Assembly (NCBI GenBank): GCA_963555825.3
Contig: CAUVXB020000002.1
Location: forward strand, 3,232,001-3,296,000
Direction of reading: 5' to 3'
Length of the DNA: 64,000 bases
Source: Alphaproteobacteria bacterium
GTDB taxonomy: Bacteria; Pseudomonadota; Alphaproteobacteria; JAAXGF01
Both the position numbers and the translations under genes were made by a program. Below the pieces are notes generated by a model that saw only the letters and a program-made list of their open reading frames with translations, was not told the DNA's origin and did no database searches. Below are positions 61,637-64,000 of the stretch, one piece after another (the first letter of the stretch is position 1; every line of letters begins with the position of its first letter).

Positions 61637-62302
61637 GTGGAATATTTTGGGTCGAAGGCGACGAGCGGTCTGTGCCAGGCGCTGATTGCGCTGATGCCGC
61701 CGCACAGCGTTTACATCGAGAGCCACCTGGGGGGCGGTGCGCTGATGAAGCGCAAGCCAACGGGCGTGCGCTCGATCGGCATCGACCGCGATGCGCAGGC
61801 GCTCGAGGCCTTTGCCTGTGACTACCCGGTCGAGTTGGTGCATGGCTGTGCCCATGCCTTTTTGGCCTCGTTCCCGTTTCTGGGCCCGGAGCTGGTCTAC
61901 AGCGATCCCCCCTATCTGCACGCGACCCGCCGTTCGGCACGGCGCTATCGCTTCGACTACGAGGAGGTCGACCATGTCGCGCTCCTGGACCTGCTCAAGG
62001 ATCTGCCCTGCCAGGTGATGGTCTCGGGCCATCCCTCGGCGCTCTATGACGAGATGCTGGCGGGCTGGCGCAGTCTGGCGCTGCAGGTGACGACCCAGGC
62101 CCAGGTGCGGACCGAGGTCGTGTGGTTCAACTTCGCGCCCGACCGGGTGCATTGGGCGAGCTACGCAGGCCGGAACTTCACCGACCGCCAGCGCATCAAG
62201 CGTAAGGCGGCCAACTGGGGCCGGCGTTACAAGGCCTTGCCGGCGGGCGAACGCCTCGCGGTGCTGGCCGCCATGATGGCCGTCGATGCCGAGGACCCGT
62301 GA
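61637..62302 (+). CDS. Dam-like (D12 class) N6-adenine DNA methyltransferase
   Basis: YFGSK, IESHLGGGAL, YSDPPY, VMVSG, EVVWFNF. Confidence 0.85.
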   Translation: MEYFGSKATSGLCQALIALMPPHSVYIESHLGGGALMKRKPTGVRSIGIDRDAQALEAFACDYPVELVHGCAHAFLASFPFLGPELVYSDPPYLHATRRSARRYRFDYEEVDHVALLDLLKDLPCQVMVSGHPSALYDEMLAGWRSLALQVTTQAQVRTEVVWFNFAPDRVHWASYAGRNFTDRQRIKRKAANWGRRYKALPAGERLAVLAAMMAVDAEDP

Positions 62303-63837
62303 CGCTGTCGCGCTGGCACGAGGACCTCGCCGCCCATGACGAGGCCTTCGCGTGCCTGCAAGATCTTCTTGACCCCTCATCCTTCGCAACCACAGTCGTC
62401 AAGGCCTTCCGGGAATGGGGCCAGGGGCTGTTGCGCCTGGCCACGGCGCTCGTCCGGGAGAATGCCGCGCTCGAGCGGGAGAACGCGACCCTGCGGGACC
62501 GCATCGCCGAGCTCGAGCGGAGCGCGGCGCTTGACAGCACCACCAGCAGCAAGCCGCCCGCCAGCGACGGCCTGCGCAAGAAGAGCGGAACCCAGAGGCG
62601 CACCCGAAGCCAGCGCGGCAAGTCCGGCAGGCCAAGCGGCGGCCAGCCGGGCCACAAGGGAACGACGCTGGCGCGGACCGAGAGCCCGGACCATGTTGTG
62701 GATCATGACCCCTCCGCCTGTTCGGGCTGCGGCGCACCGCTGTCGGACGCCGACCGTCACCGCGCGCCCGTCTGTCGACAGGTCTTCGATGTGCCCGAGC
62801 CACGCCCCCTGGAGGTCACCGAACACCGCGCCCATCGCTGCCTCTGCGGCGCCTGCGCCACCGTGACAGGAGCCGTCTTCCCGGACGGCATGACCGCCCC
62901 GGTCCAGTACGGGCCACGCATCACCGCCTGGGTGAGCTACCTGCTGTACGCCCAGTTCGTTCCCGAGAAGCGCTTGGCCGAACTCATGAGCGACCTCTTC
63001 GCAGTGTCCATCTCCACAGCCACGATCACCGCCATGGGCCGGCGAACCGCCAGGCGCTTCGAGCCCTTCCTCGCCCATGTCGCAGACGTGATCCGCACAG
63101 CGGTCCCGGTCAAGCACCTCGACGAAACCGGCCTGCGGATCGCCGCCCGTACCCGCTGGCTCCACGTGCTGTGCACCCCATTCCTGACCGTCCTGCGCAT
63201 CGGCGCGGGACGCGGCGATGTCGAAAAGGACCTCGAAGGCATCCTCATCCATGACGATTACGCCGCCTACTTCACCCTCAAGGGCGTGCGCCACGGCGCC
63301 TGCAACGCCCATCACCTGCGCGAACTCCAGGCCCTGATCGACATCGAGAAGGAAGACTGGGCAAAGAGCATGCACCGCCTCCTTGAGCGCGCACACAGGG
63401 CTACCCGCTTCTCCCGTGAGAACGGCCGCGACGTGCCCGCCTCCCTGGTGGCCCGGATCTCGCGGGCCTGGGCCCGCATCCTCGACCACGCCATCGCCTT
63501 CCACGAGGCGCAGCCGCCGCTCCGGACCGGCAAGCGCGGACGAAAGAAACGCCGCATCGGTCATAACCTCGCGCTCCGCCTCCGCAAGCACAAGGAGGGA
63601 TGCCTGCGATTCCTCACCGACCCGCGCACGCCGTTTACGAACAATGAGGCCGAACGTGACCTCCGAATGGCCAAGCTGCGCCAGAAGATCTCCGGTGGCT
63701 TCCGCTCCGAGAGGGGTGCCTACAACTTCGCCAGAATGCGTGCCGTCATCGCCACCGCCCGAAAGCAAGGCTGGAACGTCCTCCAGACCCTGGTGCATCC
63801 CGATCCGATGCAACTAATCCCCCAACTGCGCCTCTGA
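62299..63837 (+). CDS. tnpC: IS66-family transposase
   Basis: SSKPPASDG, GGQPGHKG, CSGC, YGPRI, HLDETG, CNAHHLREL, TNNEAERDLR, KISGGF. Confidence 0.95.
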   Translation: MTLSRWHEDLAAHDEAFACLQDLLDPSSFATTVVKAFREWGQGLLRLATALVRENAALERENATLRDRIAELERSAALDSTTSSKPPASDGLRKKSGTQRRTRSQRGKSGRPSGGQPGHKGTTLARTESPDHVVDHDPSACSGCGAPLSDADRHRAPVCRQVFDVPEPRPLEVTEHRAHRCLCGACATVTGAVFPDGMTAPVQYGPRITAWVSYLLYAQFVPEKRLAELMSDLFAVSISTATITAMGRRTARRFEPFLAHVADVIRTAVPVKHLDETGLRIAARTRWLHVLCTPFLTVLRIGAGRGDVEKDLEGILIHDDYAAYFTLKGVRHGACNAHHLRELQALIDIEKEDWAKSMHRLLERAHRATRFSRENGRDVPASLVARISRAWARILDHAIAFHEAQPPLRTGKRGRKKRRIGHNLALRLRKHKEGCLRFLTDPRTPFTNNEAERDLRMAKLRQKISGGFRSERGAYNFARMRAVIATARKQGWNVLQTLVHPDPMQLIPQLRL

Positions 63838-64000
63838 GAACACCGGCACCGCTACCAGCCCGGACCCGAGGCAGGCCATGGACCGCTGTGGAAGGCAACG
63901 GCGCGGCGAATCGGAGCCACGCCTCGGGCGAAGACGTACGATGACCAGTCGGGCTGAACCTGGGATCATGGCCGTCGCGCACACCCACTGGTGCACCGCT

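Larger units (their letters stand above)
61488..64000 (+). mobile_element. IS66-family element B carrying a DNA methyltransferase (right end probably outside window)
   Basis: gtaactacccag IS66-type left end at 61488; methyltransferase and transposase overlap by GTGA. Confidence 0.7.

Noticed and set aside
991-63813. Long antisense or alternate-frame ORFs over transposases, integrases, tctA and phyH (e.g. 991-2094, 22948-24222, 47326-48975, 54799-56049, 62377-63813)
   Set aside because: Shadow ORFs expected from high-GC codon bias; no recognisable motifs
1-64000. cas genes or a CRISPR-associated transposon
   Set aside because: No Cas1, Cas3, Cas5, Cas6, Cas7, TniQ or TnsC-like ORF recognised

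Overview
GC-rich window, probably from an alphaproteobacterium (inferred from gene content), that is almost entirely mobile and accessory DNA and heavily rearranged by insertion sequences. In order it holds: (1) an IS66-family element carrying a DUF4338 (DruA-like) passenger, joined head-to-tail to a truncated second copy; (2) a type I-E CRISPR array (26 repeat units, 24 intact) with no leader and no cas genes, fused at one end into the IS66 ORF and at the other into a 5'-truncated VirD4/TraG coupling-protein gene; (3) a lower-GC defence operon (Mad1-like HTH, SNF2 helicase split by an IS1595 with passenger genes, type III Mod, Res); (4) four intact tyrosine recombinases arranged as two divergent, coupled pairs; (5) a phosphonate-monoester hydrolase/sulfatase, an IS256-split PD-(D/E)xK-like gene, two bactofilins, and a TctCBA plus SauS-like catabolic operon cut inside its CoA ligase; (6) an IS1380-truncated TIR protein, a nucleoside deoxyribosyltransferase-like gene and an IS66-derived MITE; (7) a tRNA-Met att remnant with an integrase and HigBA, a PhyH-family dioxygenase, and a second IS66 carrying a Dam-like DNA methyltransferase. 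Other IS: three IS21 copies, two IS256, two IS1380, IS630, an rve/IS481-like element and an ISNCY/IS1202-like element. The strongest leads are the IS66 elements with coupled, putatively DNA-modifying passengers, the leaderless array spliced into virD4, and the paired-recombinase module. All calls come from reading the sequence and translations by eye; no database searches were run.
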